Source: a virus
Reading direction: 5' to 3' (one strand)
Length of the DNA stretch: 64,000 nt
Virus record (IMG/VR): IMGVR_UViG_3300045988_160931
Location: 32,001 to 96,000 of that record
In this document: one piece after another, positions 47,356-57,759 of the stretch
Numbering within the stretch: position 1 is the stretch's first letter
Layout of the letters: every line of letters begins with the position of its first letter
Notes under the pieces: generated by a model
Database searches by the model: none
Told to the model about the DNA's origin: nothing
Seen by the model: the letters and a program-made list of their open reading frames with translations, nothing else
Made by a program: the position numbers and the translations under genes

Positions 47356-47913
47356 TTAATTTATTTTATACTCTCTTATGTACCTATCAGCTAGTACATC
47401 AAACGTATTACTTAAATTCCATCTATAACGAGTCCTTTTTATTTCGCCATGTATTTTTACAGCACCATTATTTATAAGATCGATTTCATTAAACGATTTC
47501 TTATCCAATTTATTTATCATACCAACAAACTGCTTTATATAAATAGAATAAGTCCTCTGCATTTTGTTTTTCTCATCTCTAAAATTCAAAATGAAACACG
47601 GTATCACATAATCAATCGTTGAATATTTTAATAGCCCATCTATTTGATGCCACTTAATCATTTTTGACGTATCTTTTTCATTTTCGCTCTCAAAAGACAT
47701 CGACTTAAATTTTGTAGACTTTAATTCCATAGGGAATAAAATTCTTGTTTTACTATCAAATACAATGAAATCACATGGGTTCTTTACAGAAAAAGACGTA
47801 TCATCTCTTTTTGTAAAACTTTGTGGCGGGTCTGGGATTCGTATAATTAAGCACCTTGATCTGTCAACTGATTTTTTTATATCTTCCTCAAATATTTTCC
47901 CTGTATTTTTCAT
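47356..47913 (-). CDS. RecU-like PD-(D/E)XK nuclease (Holliday-junction-resolvase family)
   Basis: 'CDFIVFDSKTRILFPMELKSTK' (D...E-x-K) followed by 'WHQIDGL'. ATG 47913 lies 6 nt after AAAGGAA and overlaps the upstream stop (ATGA). Confidence 0.55.
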   Translation of the reverse strand: MKNTGKIFEEDIKKSVDRSRCLIIRIPDPPQSFTKRDDTSFSVKNPCDFIVFDSKTRILFPMELKSTKFKSMSFESENEKDTSKMIKWHQIDGLLKYSTIDYVIPCFILNFRDEKNKMQRTYSIYIKQFVGMINKLDKKSFNEIDLINNGAVKIHGEIKRTRYRWNLSNTFDVLADRYIREYKIN

Positions 47914-48125
47914 GACACGTTCCTTTTGCAAGAAAGCCATCTCTCTCGAAATTTTTCATGTGTTTCTTTCGTAAAAGCGAACACAAGTTTACCATCACTC
48001 CCAGTGAAAATATCAACTGGCAAAGCTCCCCAGTGAATATACTTTGAAATTTGATAAATATTCCGAAAGAATACGCAATCCTCAACGACATATTCTTTAT
48101 TTGTAATTTCTGACTTTTCTGTCAT
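47910..48125 (-). CDS. small DUF5659-like protein
   Basis: 71 aa. Its pattern 'FR.I...SKYI..G..P..I.....GK.VFAF' parallels the 61-aa ORF at 56020-56205. Confidence 0.4.
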   Translation of the reverse strand: MTEKSEITNKEYVVEDCVFFRNIYQISKYIHWGALPVDIFTGSDGKLVFAFTKETHEKFRERWLSCKRNVS

Positions 48126-48147
48126 ATCTCAAATCCTCTCTATATAG

Positions 48148-48198
48148 TAAAAAACGGGAAATATGAAACTATTAAATTCATGTAGTAACATACCTCCC
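48148..48198 (-). terminator. rho-independent terminator inside the tail module
   Basis: On the minus strand, a 10-bp stem GGGAGGUAUG / CAUAUUUCCC (two G-U pairs) is followed by GUUUUUUAC. Confidence 0.5.
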
Positions 48199-48211
48199 AT
48201 TTTACTAAAAT

Positions 48212-48571
48212 TTATACTTCGATTTTATTTTCTTTATTTTCTACTTTGCGATTTTCGTTAGAAATTACAGTATCAGATTCAATTGCAGAACTTTGTTTTT
48301 TATCTTCTTTAAGGATTTCATCAATCTGTGCTTTTACAGTAGGGCGGAAAGAAGAATAGTTTTTAAGATCTAATTTCTTAAACTTCCCCCTCATTTCAGC
48401 TTTCGTATATACACCGTTTGAATATCCTCTTAGAATCTGAAACAGCTTAAAATGCTCTGACGTATCTGTATGTAGTTTCCATGGTTCAGCATTCATCTTG
48501 CTTTTGCAGGCTAAGCATAGATAATAGCCTTTTCCGCAAATCGCACAAGTGCTATTGTTTTTCTCAGCCAT
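48212..48571 (-). CDS. zinc-ribbon protein
   Basis: 'CAICGKGYYLCLACKS'. SD GAAAGG. Confidence 0.5.
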   Translation of the reverse strand: MAEKNNSTCAICGKGYYLCLACKSKMNAEPWKLHTDTSEHFKLFQILRGYSNGVYTKAEMRGKFKKLDLKNYSSFRPTVKAQIDEILKEDKKQSSAIESDTVISNENRKVENKENKIEV

Positions 48572-48584
48572 ATTTTAACCTTTC

Positions 48585-49370
48585 TTACTCAGCAACAACG
48601 ATCTCAAACAGTTCGTCATTTGTCTCATCGCAGTAATCCTTCATCATAGTGAGTTCAAATGCGTGCTTACCAGTAGAAGTAAGTGCAAGTTCAATAGATT
48701 CAGGGTTTAATTTTGCCTTCGGGCAAATAACTTTACCGGAATAAACCTTATTCTCATTGCACTTGTCTTTGAAATAAGCGTAAATCACTACCATTGCAGC
48801 AGACGGGAAGTCACTTGCGTTGTTTACAACACGGACTGCATTCTCAGCTTCGGTCTTGTATTCAACATAGAATTTCCCAGTAGTGTTACCAGTTGGCAGA
48901 GTGATGGTCTTATTATCCTCATCAATCTTAAAATCTGTAGTATTTGCAGTAGTACCCTGTTTGAAACTCTTTGCTACTTCACCGGACTCCAGAGAATAGA
49001 TATACTTGACAGAATCCGCAATTGCCGCCTTAGAAAGTACGATTTTCCCAGCGTTTGCTTCAAGAATCTCATACTCATAGTTCGTAATCTTTGCAGTAGT
49101 ACTTGCCACTTCTTTCTTAGAACCGAACTGTGCAGCAGCCAGATCAATAGAAAGCAGAGAATTTGTTGCAGAGAAAGTTGCCTTTTTCGCACGATACAGA
49201 GTAGTAATTACAGAACCAAGGGCATCTGTAACTTCCTCGCTTTCAGCGGTGCAATTTAGAGTGGGGTCTTCTATCGAAGTCAATCTAAATAGCAGCTCAC
49301 CAGTTTCCAAATCAGAAAAACTCATTGATCTTACACGATCAAGGATAAGTTCATTTTTATTAAATGCCAT
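48585..49370 (-). CDS. major tail protein (putative)
   Basis: 261 aa, strong SD GGAGGA, position in the tail module, beta-rich composition typical of major tail proteins. Confidence 0.5.
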   Translation of the reverse strand: MAFNKNELILDRVRSMSFSDLETGELLFRLTSIEDPTLNCTAESEEVTDALGSVITTLYRAKKATFSATNSLLSIDLAAAQFGSKKEVASTTAKITNYEYEILEANAGKIVLSKAAIADSVKYIYSLESGEVAKSFKQGTTANTTDFKIDEDNKTITLPTGNTTGKFYVEYKTEAENAVRVVNNASDFPSAAMVVIYAYFKDKCNENKVYSGKVICPKAKLNPESIELALTSTGKHAFELTMMKDYCDETNDELFEIVVAE

Positions 49371-49417
49371 ATAATTTTTCCTCCAATTTTATATTTGTTA
49401 TAAAATAGAAAAGTGGG

Positions 49418-50263
49418 CTAGTTTAGTTCACCAGCCCACTCTAACCTATTTCGATCAATTCCTTTAAGACTTGCAAAGCCAGAATATGCGCCTTGCAACA
49501 ATAATTCACAATCTTGTATTTTGCCAACACGTTTTATGTTGTCTAAAAACATTCCAATTTTCATATCCCATATTTTATCATCACCACATTGCCCACATTT
49601 TACAGTCAAAGCAGAAATCAAAGGAGTTAAAACACTTTTATATGGTTTGCTAGAAGATGCAAGTGCTTCATCTCTTGCGTCCTCAATCAAATCCATTTTA
49701 GTTCGCTCATTTGCAGGTACTTCGTTATTCCGTTTCAACCCATGTATTTTCCGAATAGCCTGTACTATTTTTTGATATACAACTCTATCAATACGGATAT
49801 CATCCTCGTTTGAATATAAGATTATTTCTTCCGTATCCTTAATTACATATCTTTCAAAGTTACATAGATCTATTGGTTCACCATTTGACTTCTTTAGAAT
49901 AAGTTTCAATGGGTTTACAGAAAAATCCGCAATTTCCTCTTCTGTTAAATTAGATAATGTTTCACTATACTTGTCCTTTTCTAATAACATATTTTCATAC
50001 ATTTTTTTCTTACTCGATACAAGCATAAAAATCAATTTAACAAATAAGTCGTAATCCTCAATTTCCGTATAATCAATTCCGCTATCCCATAATTGCCACT
50101 TCATGTCTGCACCAACAGCAGTTAAATTGTAGACAGCACTAAAATACTTACGTTCACTAAACTCTTGTATTTCACCCAATGTGGGCTGAGACACCATAAT
50201 CTTATTGCTTACAGGAATATCTACACCCCTGTAAACACTCAAATCATCAATATCAAAAGTCAT
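49418..50263 (-). CDS. hypothetical structural-module protein
   Basis: 281-aa ORF in the late operon. Confidence 0.5.
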   Translation of the reverse strand: MTFDIDDLSVYRGVDIPVSNKIMVSQPTLGEIQEFSERKYFSAVYNLTAVGADMKWQLWDSGIDYTEIEDYDLFVKLIFMLVSSKKKMYENMLLEKDKYSETLSNLTEEEIADFSVNPLKLILKKSNGEPIDLCNFERYVIKDTEEIILYSNEDDIRIDRVVYQKIVQAIRKIHGLKRNNEVPANERTKMDLIEDARDEALASSSKPYKSVLTPLISALTVKCGQCGDDKIWDMKIGMFLDNIKRVGKIQDCELLLQGAYSGFASLKGIDRNRLEWAGELN

Positions 50264-50270
50264 AACTCTA

Positions 50271-50765
50271 CTAATCCTCTATATCACATAAAGAATCATT
50301 AAAGTCAAGTCCTTGAAATACAAGTTTTCGATAAACATAATCTGCCTGATAAGAACCTTCAATATTACTTATCAAGGCTAATTTCCCTATTCCAAAATCA
50401 CTTCTTCCATTCAATAAAATATCAATTAACTTTGATATATAGTCATTTCTGTTTTCTGTGACCTTGGGTATATTGTCAACAATCATATGAGAAACATGAG
50501 ATATAATCCATATTTCAACTTGTGGCTGAATCAAAATTTTACTTTCGAAATTATACGATTGCGGTAAATGTATTTGAACTGTGAGGAACGTCATTACATC
50601 ATTGATTGTATTTGGGTTTTGATGATAATCGAATATACGTTTGCCTATTAAATCTTGTGGTTTTTTTAATTCTTTATAATCAATTGCGTCAATAATTTCT
50701 TTGTTTTTTATAAATTCTCTGATAATCTTATTTTTTGCTTTCCCAATGAAAGAACTGTTTGCCAT
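50271..50765 (-). CDS. hypothetical head-tail joining/tail completion protein
   Basis: Position only. Confidence 0.4.
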   Translation of the reverse strand: MANSSFIGKAKNKIIREFIKNKEIIDAIDYKELKKPQDLIGKRIFDYHQNPNTINDVMTFLTVQIHLPQSYNFESKILIQPQVEIWIISHVSHMIVDNIPKVTENRNDYISKLIDILLNGRSDFGIGKLALISNIEGSYQADYVYRKLVFQGLDFNDSLCDIED

Positions 50766-51832
50766 TATAATAACGACTCTACGGAAATAATAATTGAAGA
50801 TCGATTATTTCCATTCATGTCCGAAAGAATCAATCTAAAATCTTCGTCAATGTAATCATCATTATCTATAGATATACTTATACTATTTCCACTTTCTTTT
50901 ATGATAAGAGCATCAAGGAAACCACAAACAACTTCCCATTTGCACTTTATATTTGAAATTTCTTTTTTTTGATTATCATAGAATCTGCCAACAAACACTT
51001 GTTCGTCTCCACCAGAAGTAATTATATTTGTATCATACTCTATTACAGATTTTAAGACATAATTCCCACCAGAATTATCCTTCTGAAAGGAGCTAGTATC
51101 TTTGTAGTCGCAAATACCTAAATCCGGTCTGTCCGTGTCGCTGTTTTTTTCGCTTTCTAATAAGGTAATTCTTACAATTCCTTTGTCCCCAAAATTATAA
51201 CTAGTCGTATCGTTTTGTGTAACGATATAACTAGTTGGGGAATTATAATTTTTGTCTAAGAAAAACCTCTTAGGCGTATTTAGAGAAACTGTATTTTCAT
51301 CATATGGGAGTATAATTAAATGCTGCGAAGAACCGATTGTGAATTGCCTATTTGATTGTTCTCCGCTATTATATTGTGTAGCATTCGTATCATAACAAGG
51401 ATATTCTAAGATATCCCCATTTTCATTTTGCCATTTAAGTAACCAGTTACATAACGTAAACTTTCCATGCCAATGAATCCCGTTTAAGTCAAAAGCTTCT
51501 GTGCAAATTAAATACTTGTCTTTCTCAGAATCGTAAATCACATCTCCAACTTGTATCGGAGTATTGTATAATGTCTGAAATTTTACAGTTACACCATTTG
51601 CAGCAGAATATGTTCTTTTGTATAACCGTATCTCTATTGGAATATCATTATGATATTTTTCTTTTCCAATTTTACCGAGAGACCATATATAAATCCCTGG
51701 CGCATAAGAAGAATCATCTGCAAATGTAACATCAAGTAATTCACGGCTGCTTTTAATATTTTCGCTACGAAGATTGCCACCAGCTTGTTTCATTTTAGCA
51801 TTAAAACGATCTAAACATCTCACCGACCACAC
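50765..51832 (-). CDS. hypothetical structural protein
   Basis: 355-aa ORF. GTG start overlaps the upstream gene. Confidence 0.5.
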   Translation of the reverse strand: MWSVRCLDRFNAKMKQAGGNLRSENIKSSRELLDVTFADDSSYAPGIYIWSLGKIGKEKYHNDIPIEIRLYKRTYSAANGVTVKFQTLYNTPIQVGDVIYDSEKDKYLICTEAFDLNGIHWHGKFTLCNWLLKWQNENGDILEYPCYDTNATQYNSGEQSNRQFTIGSSQHLIILPYDENTVSLNTPKRFFLDKNYNSPTSYIVTQNDTTSYNFGDKGIVRITLLESEKNSDTDRPDLGICDYKDTSSFQKDNSGGNYVLKSVIEYDTNIITSGGDEQVFVGRFYDNQKKEISNIKCKWEVVCGFLDALIIKESGNSISISIDNDDYIDEDFRLILSDMNGNNRSSIIISVESLL

Positions 51833-52302
51833 CCCACATTACCTTTGCGTAAATGTAAAGAGTTGCCTAGTAAAGATGGTGCATCATCTTTTGCAGTCAT
51901 CCACGCATATCTTGATAATAATGTTTCATTCTCAGAAATGTATTTTGTTTTCATATCTAACAGTTTGTCAAGCATATTTGCAGGTGAGTACGAATTAAAA
52001 TCAGAAGAACTCAAACTAACTTTTAACAAAGAAGGAGTTCTAATGTATTTTGAACTCAGAAACTCTAAAAGCATATAATTGCTTATAATTTCAATTTCCG
52101 TATCATCTAAATCACAATTAAACTGCTCTAAAACATCATCTCTGTCACTTAAATCTTTTACGCATACATGGAAAGAAGAGATGGCTGGGATAAAAAAGTC
52201 GTGTAGAAGTTCCTTTACTTCATCTTCTGTCATAATAGGAATATCATAATCACGAAATTTCGGTAAAAGGTTACCATATATTTTTTCGTATGATGTTGCC
52301 AT
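51820..52302 (-). CDS. head-tail connector-like protein (putative)
   Basis: Position downstream of the capsid gene. SD AAAGGCGGTG. Confidence 0.4.
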   Translation of the reverse strand: MATSYEKIYGNLLPKFRDYDIPIMTEDEVKELLHDFFIPAISSFHVCVKDLSDRDDVLEQFNCDLDDTEIEIISNYMLLEFLSSKYIRTPSLLKVSLSSSDFNSYSPANMLDKLLDMKTKYISENETLLSRYAWMTAKDDAPSLLGNSLHLRKGNVGCGR

Positions 52303-52316
52303 TCATACACCGCCTT

Positions 52317-52856
52317 TTAGATCGTAGACAATAACTCCATCCCAAGAGTATTGTCAATATATTTAATTATATTGATGTCAGTCATTTTTCCATCGTCAAC
52401 CATAGCACGAATATTGCCATAAATAGTGTTTCTTAAACCAGAAGGTGTATCAAGAATCTTATTGCAAACATCAGCAATTTTATCTCGTGTATAATTTTTT
52501 GAATCCATTAAATAATCATAAGAATCATATAAATTCTGCAAAGAGAAATGAGATACAACTCGTTCATCTAATGGCTTCAAAACAAGATTGCGAAAATAGC
52601 CTTTATAACTTCTCCACATATCCTTTAATACACTAAATGCCATATACTCTATATGTCCAACGGATTCCCAGATGTACATATCTCCTGTTTTTTTATCCTC
52701 ATAACTAACGTTGGGGATAAGTGAAACTACTTCAATTTCATCGGAATCATTCAGTTTTGCTTCTGCTGCCTTTTTTGTATTTACAGCACTCACGGATTCC
52801 TTTACAGCAATATCATCATTAACTGTTGCATCATTTTTTTTAACTCTACCAGCCAT
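52317..52856 (-). CDS. hypothetical head-module protein
   Basis: 179-aa ORF with a good SD. Confidence 0.5.
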   Translation of the reverse strand: MAGRVKKNDATVNDDIAVKESVSAVNTKKAAEAKLNDSDEIEVVSLIPNVSYEDKKTGDMYIWESVGHIEYMAFSVLKDMWRSYKGYFRNLVLKPLDERVVSHFSLQNLYDSYDYLMDSKNYTRDKIADVCNKILDTPSGLRNTIYGNIRAMVDDGKMTDINIIKYIDNTLGMELLSTI

Positions 52857-52893
52857 TCTCTAATCCTACCTTTCCATTTATTCTTTTATTTTA

Positions 52894-53931
52894 TCAGGTT
52901 AAAGTAAATACACCAGCATAAGGAGATAGTACCAGCCCAATACCCATTGCAGTCTGAACTTGAATATCTACACTCATGTCATTATATTTCTTACCTGTGG
53001 TATCGATATCAGAACGAGTGTCACCAATAAACTCTAGCTTAATCGGCTTTGTATCGCCACCCATGATAAACAGTTTAGTATCATCCAGAGCTAGATCAAA
53101 TGTACCGGACTTCAGTGTTTGAGGAATAATCATAAGCTTGTTGCCTTCCCAATCACCAATAGAACCAGTCATAGCTTTTGCTTCTTTCTGAGAGTTTGCG
53201 AACATCTTATCCGGAATAATACCAGCAAGCTTACGCAGTGCGCCCTTAGTACCAGCAATCGTTAGAGAATCATAACCACCAGCAGCAGCGACCTTATCGC
53301 ATAATTCACCTACAGCAGACTCACTGTTACCAGTTGCAGAAAAATCAGCCGGGAAAGCGTTTGCAACATTGTTAAACTGTGCATAAATACGATCTTGAAT
53401 ATACTTATTTGTAGACTTATAAATCTTATCAGTGATCTTATCCATAGAAGTAATACCCAGTAAGAAACGATCTAAGTCCTCATAGCAGTGAATATAGAAC
53501 CATTCCTTTGGCAGGGTAATTTCGTCCCCAAGGTCAAGAGCCTGGCGGTTAGTATCCCAATGATTTCCGGCAAAAGATGCTACAGACAGCAAGCCGCCCT
53601 CTGAATAGAACGCAGTAGTATCACCTAAAGCACGATTCTTCACTTCAACAAAAGCGTCCATAAAAGGAGAGGAAAGTACATTCTCGCCAATGGCAACATT
53701 AACAATTTCCTCAATAATTTCAAACATAACAATGTTATTCCGGCGATATGCCTGATATAAAGTTGCACCATGCAGAATATCATTCTTGATCTTATCTCTT
53801 AGATAGTCCTCTAAGTCTTTCTTAGAAACCTTTTCAGAATCTACGTGCATCGCAAACTCGTTTCTGGAAAGATCAAGGGCTAAATCATAAATTTTGTTTT
53901 CATCAGCACTAAATGTATTTTTAATCTTCAT
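52894..53931 (-). CDS. major capsid protein (putative)
   Basis: 345 aa, strong SD AAGGAGGA, position after the scaffold/protease-like genes. C-terminal 'DIQVQTAMGIGLVLSPYAGVFTL' has the character of a major capsid protein. Confidence 0.6.
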   Translation of the reverse strand: MKIKNTFSADENKIYDLALDLSRNEFAMHVDSEKVSKKDLEDYLRDKIKNDILHGATLYQAYRRNNIVMFEIIEEIVNVAIGENVLSSPFMDAFVEVKNRALGDTTAFYSEGGLLSVASFAGNHWDTNRQALDLGDEITLPKEWFYIHCYEDLDRFLLGITSMDKITDKIYKSTNKYIQDRIYAQFNNVANAFPADFSATGNSESAVGELCDKVAAAGGYDSLTIAGTKGALRKLAGIIPDKMFANSQKEAKAMTGSIGDWEGNKLMIIPQTLKSGTFDLALDDTKLFIMGGDTKPIKLEFIGDTRSDIDTTGKKYNDMSVDIQVQTAMGIGLVLSPYAGVFTLT

Positions 53932-53952
53932 TAAACATCATCCTCCTTAAAA

Positions 53953-54507
53953 TTAAGACAGAATGGTTACTTTTGCTTCATAAACAACAGCAGAATAACC
54001 ATATGTACGTGCAGTAGTAGATAGAGTAGCGCCAGAAGTACGTGTGCGCATAACTTTTGCTTCAAACTGTGGGGTAGAAGAACTAGTCTTTGCAGTAGTA
54101 CTAGCAGCTACTAGCTTACCAGTAGAATCAACCGTCAGAAATGCGTCTTTCTTCATCTCGCTTTGTGTAGCCGTTGTAACGCCCTCAACAGTAATCCCAA
54201 ATTCGTCATTTAATGCTAATTCACGAACACAGAACTTTACACCAGCAGGAACAATATACTTATCTCTACGCTGATTCGGAATCTTACAAGTGTCATAATC
54301 CCAAGCCGGATTGTCAACAACAACAAGTGTTGCCCCAGCTTTTGTACCGGGATGGAAAGTGTAAGTAACGTCCTCACCTGTAGCTAACTCCTCAATATAA
54401 CCAAATGTACCATTCTCTACGTCAGTGGATGAAACAGCATCAAAAATTCTCTTTGCACCACGAGTAGAAAGCATATTAACAGACTCAAATCTTGTATACT
54501 TTGCCAT
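53953..54507 (-). CDS. head protein (decoration/scaffold-like), function unknown
   Basis: Position immediately upstream of the capsid gene. Strong SD. Confidence 0.4.
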   Translation of the reverse strand: MAKYTRFESVNMLSTRGAKRIFDAVSSTDVENGTFGYIEELATGEDVTYTFHPGTKAGATLVVVDNPAWDYDTCKIPNQRRDKYIVPAGVKFCVRELALNDEFGITVEGVTTATQSEMKKDAFLTVDSTGKLVAASTTAKTSSSTPQFEAKVMRTRTSGATLSTTARTYGYSAVVYEAKVTILS

Positions 54508-54523
54508 GTTATCAATTCTCCTT

Positions 54524-55984
54524 TTATTTTCTATTTACTGGGATATTCCCATATTTTGTTTCTGCATAATTATGAGTGTCACTGCCATCATTGTCATCTA
54601 AAATCTGAGCAGAAAACTTTCCATCTTTTTTAGCAGATTGATTAGAACCTAATGTCTTTTCGGCATACATAATTGCACATTCACTTGCAATTTCCTTTGC
54701 CGATAATTCATCTTTCTTTGCTTTTAATTCTGCAAACTTGTCTACGTCACTTAGGAAAGCTTCATATCTTGAAAATTCAGATTCTTTTGCAGCATCAGAC
54801 TCTGCTTTTTCTCTTTCTTTTTCTTTTTCTACAAGAACTTCGTATTTCGGCTTAATATCATTCAGTTCAGATTCAACTTTACTGAATTTTTCTAAAACAT
54901 CATTCTTTTCGTTCTCAACTGCATCCAGGTTTTCCTTGGCAGTCTTTTGTATTTCTTTGATATACTCGCCAAAACTAAATGCACCTGTTAATACAGATGC
55001 GTCCTCTTTATCTTCATAATTTGCATAGCAAATCTTTTTTCTTGTAGCAGAAGTGAAATCAATGACAGGTTTATCATTATCGACAGTATATTTTAGACCA
55101 TAATAATTATAGTTATCTTTTGCATCAGCTACGATAACTTCTTCATCTTGAATATCTACTGCTCTATATCGATATATATTCCAGCCCCATTCATCTTCGA
55201 ATTGCTCATAATTACGCACGATATTAGCAACATCCTTAAATAAAGACATCATAGTCTGTGTGTATTTTTCTTTTGACATTTTAGAGTCACTCACATCCTT
55301 TGTTTTATTTTTTTCTACAATCTTAGAAAATAAATTGTATTTATCCTTCAATTCCTTTTGAATCTCTTGCATAAAAGTGTTTATAGTAAAATCCTTTTGA
55401 GAGTCTGCTACAGATATGTTTGCACCAGACATCGCAGGAATCTTATCATCGCCCAAAATACAACATCCATCAAACCTGAATTTAGAAAAATGAAATACCC
55501 CATTTTCATCTTCTTCACCTTCAATAGATGAAATTTCAAGTTCCATAGACTGCGGTTTTTCACCGTCTCGATTTACAATAAATGTACTATCGTCAAACTT
55601 CGTCCATAGCAAAGCATCTACTTGTAAAAACAGTCTTTCTATTCCATCTGGACACATTTTATTAACCCATCTTGGATTGCACGATTCCGGGATAACACCA
55701 TAAGCATGACCTAGATACTTTTCTTCAATACCATTATCAGTTTTCGTTATAACACTTTCGTGACCAGCAAAATCTTTTTCATTCTCATTGCATTTGATAA
55801 AACCTAAAACAGGTGTATTTTTGATGGAATCAATATTTTCATCTACAACCCTTTTTTCAAAACTACTTTTGTTTAGATTTACGCCTGTGTGCATAACATC
55901 AATTGTGACATTTAAGAATCTAGTATCTTCATCTATAATTTCATTTTGTACTTCAAATGTAGAAATAAGTCTTGATTTATCCAA
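54524..55984 (-). CDS. prohead protease / scaffolding-like protein (tentative)
   Basis: Lies between portal and capsid. Globular N-terminal half and an acidic coiled-coil C-terminal half. Confidence 0.35.
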   Translation of the reverse strand: MDKSRLISTFEVQNEIIDEDTRFLNVTIDVMHTGVNLNKSSFEKRVVDENIDSIKNTPVLGFIKCNENEKDFAGHESVITKTDNGIEEKYLGHAYGVIPESCNPRWVNKMCPDGIERLFLQVDALLWTKFDDSTFIVNRDGEKPQSMELEISSIEGEEDENGVFHFSKFRFDGCCILGDDKIPAMSGANISVADSQKDFTINTFMQEIQKELKDKYNLFSKIVEKNKTKDVSDSKMSKEKYTQTMMSLFKDVANIVRNYEQFEDEWGWNIYRYRAVDIQDEEVIVADAKDNYNYYGLKYTVDNDKPVIDFTSATRKKICYANYEDKEDASVLTGAFSFGEYIKEIQKTAKENLDAVENEKNDVLEKFSKVESELNDIKPKYEVLVEKEKEREKAESDAAKESEFSRYEAFLSDVDKFAELKAKKDELSAKEIASECAIMYAEKTLGSNQSAKKDGKFSAQILDDNDGSDTHNYAETKYGNIPVNRK

Positions 55985-56019
55985 AATCCATTTTCACCAC
56001 CTTCCACAGCAATATTATA

Positions 56020-56205
56020 TTAAAACAAACTCCGTTCTCTATTTTTTTCATATTCTTCGAGTTTGCATCTTAATAATTCACATTCTTCAAAAACAAAAAC
56101 ATTTCCTGTTTTCGCTCTCAAAATTGTTAGAAGTGGGACACCGGATTTTACTAAATATCTAGCAAGTTTCTCAATTCTACAACGAAATTCCTTTTTCCCA
56201 TTCAT
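56020..56205 (-). CDS. small DUF5659-like protein
   Basis: 61 aa. 'FRCRIEKLARYLVKSGVPLLTI....GNVFVFEE'. Paralogue-like to 47910-48125. Confidence 0.4.
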   Translation of the reverse strand: MNGKKEFRCRIEKLARYLVKSGVPLLTILRAKTGNVFVFEECELLRCKLEEYEKNRERSLF

Positions 56206-56220
56206 CTATCTCATCCTCAC

Positions 56221-57759
56221 TTATCTATCAATATTAGAATCTGCATCGGCAGTAATTTCGCCGGATACGTCTAATGTTTCGCCTTTGCTTTCGTTTGTTG
56301 GTCTGCCGACATCGCCAGAAGTGCCGCCATTATAAGAGGATGAAAGGGGAATAAGCTTATTATGAAAATCGAAAATCTCATTTTGAACTATATACGAGCC
56401 TAATATTTTTGCTGGGGTCATATCGATCGTAGAAAGCCATCTATCAATAACTGGCGCTCCCAATGTACAAGCTTCTTTGTATCTCTTTGAAACAGTATCC
56501 TTATTCAATGTTGTAATATCGATTAAATAGAACACAAATTTATAAGCTGCCTTGTTATAGTTCTTAGACTTAATAAAACGATTTACCCATCTTTCAAATT
56601 GACGATATAAAGAATATATAAATCCAGAATCATTTTCGATTGAGAATGTTACTGCCGTTCCGCTTGAACTTCCGTTATACAATTCTTTTGTGACACCAGA
56701 AGAATTGTATATTTCATCTACAGCATCAGAAACATTGTTTCTGGTATTAGAACTATTCTTAAAACTTATCGCATTACCATCTGAACCAAGAGTATATAAT
56801 AAACCAATATCATCACCAATGCTTTGCTTATTGATGTCAGCAAATATCGACAATGTTTTTGGTGTCAGCAACGGTTTATCTACGTTATTTTCGTCAATAG
56901 GCACTTTCATCATGATAGCTTTATAGTTATCTGTAGTAGCAGATTGTAGCTTTAACTTTTTATATAAATCCAGATCGAGGATATCTCTTACAAGACCTAC
57001 TAAAAATGGGAAAGGATAAGTCCATTGACTATTCAATTTAATACAAATCTGCTTATCCTCTGGTGGGCAATACCATGAACCACCTTTATCTTTTTGAAAA
57101 TCCAAATATGCTTGCCGAACATAGTCTGGGTACGATAACAGCTTATTTGGCTGAATTTTCGCAAGATTTATTGCAAAATTGTATAACCCATCTTGAACCT
57201 CGTATAATCGTACAAGACGAAAATCAAGATGTTGAATAAAGAAGTCAGACTCATTTTCGCCTTCGTAAACTAAACCACAATATATATCTTGATAGGGGAT
57301 ATACTTCATAATCTTTGAAAATTCATGTTTTAAGTTCATTGCATCTAATTTTGAAGCAAGAGCAGAATAGCTTTTCTTCAACGTATCCATTCTTGCAGTA
57401 GCTTTTACATCCACAACATCTATCCCATAGCAAAACATCGCCATATTAGAAAACAACATATTCAATCTGTAATAGTGAGGGGATATGTGCATTAACTTCG
57501 TAGAAATATCAAGAATCATCTCCCAACGATGTTTTGGGTCTTGCAATGCAAAACCGATGTCTTTAATATCTATCCCAAATAAGCAATGATCGCTTAACAA
57601 CTTTGAATTATTGCAGATGTCATTCAAAAAAAGCCGTTTGAAAGAAGAATAATCTAAGTTACTAGGATTCCCAGATTGAACAGCCTTTTCAAATTTGCTT
57701 TCATCAGATTCCATTTGCTTTTTTGTATATACTGGGATATATTTGCTTTTCTTTTTCAT
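56221..57759 (-). CDS. portal protein (putative)
   Basis: 512-aa ORF directly downstream of the large terminase. Strong SD. Confidence 0.6.
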   Translation of the reverse strand: MKKKSKYIPVYTKKQMESDESKFEKAVQSGNPSNLDYSSFKRLFLNDICNNSKLLSDHCLFGIDIKDIGFALQDPKHRWEMILDISTKLMHISPHYYRLNMLFSNMAMFCYGIDVVDVKATARMDTLKKSYSALASKLDAMNLKHEFSKIMKYIPYQDIYCGLVYEGENESDFFIQHLDFRLVRLYEVQDGLYNFAINLAKIQPNKLLSYPDYVRQAYLDFQKDKGGSWYCPPEDKQICIKLNSQWTYPFPFLVGLVRDILDLDLYKKLKLQSATTDNYKAIMMKVPIDENNVDKPLLTPKTLSIFADINKQSIGDDIGLLYTLGSDGNAISFKNSSNTRNNVSDAVDEIYNSSGVTKELYNGSSSGTAVTFSIENDSGFIYSLYRQFERWVNRFIKSKNYNKAAYKFVFYLIDITTLNKDTVSKRYKEACTLGAPVIDRWLSTIDMTPAKILGSYIVQNEIFDFHNKLIPLSSSYNGGTSGDVGRPTNESKGETLDVSGEITADADSNIDR

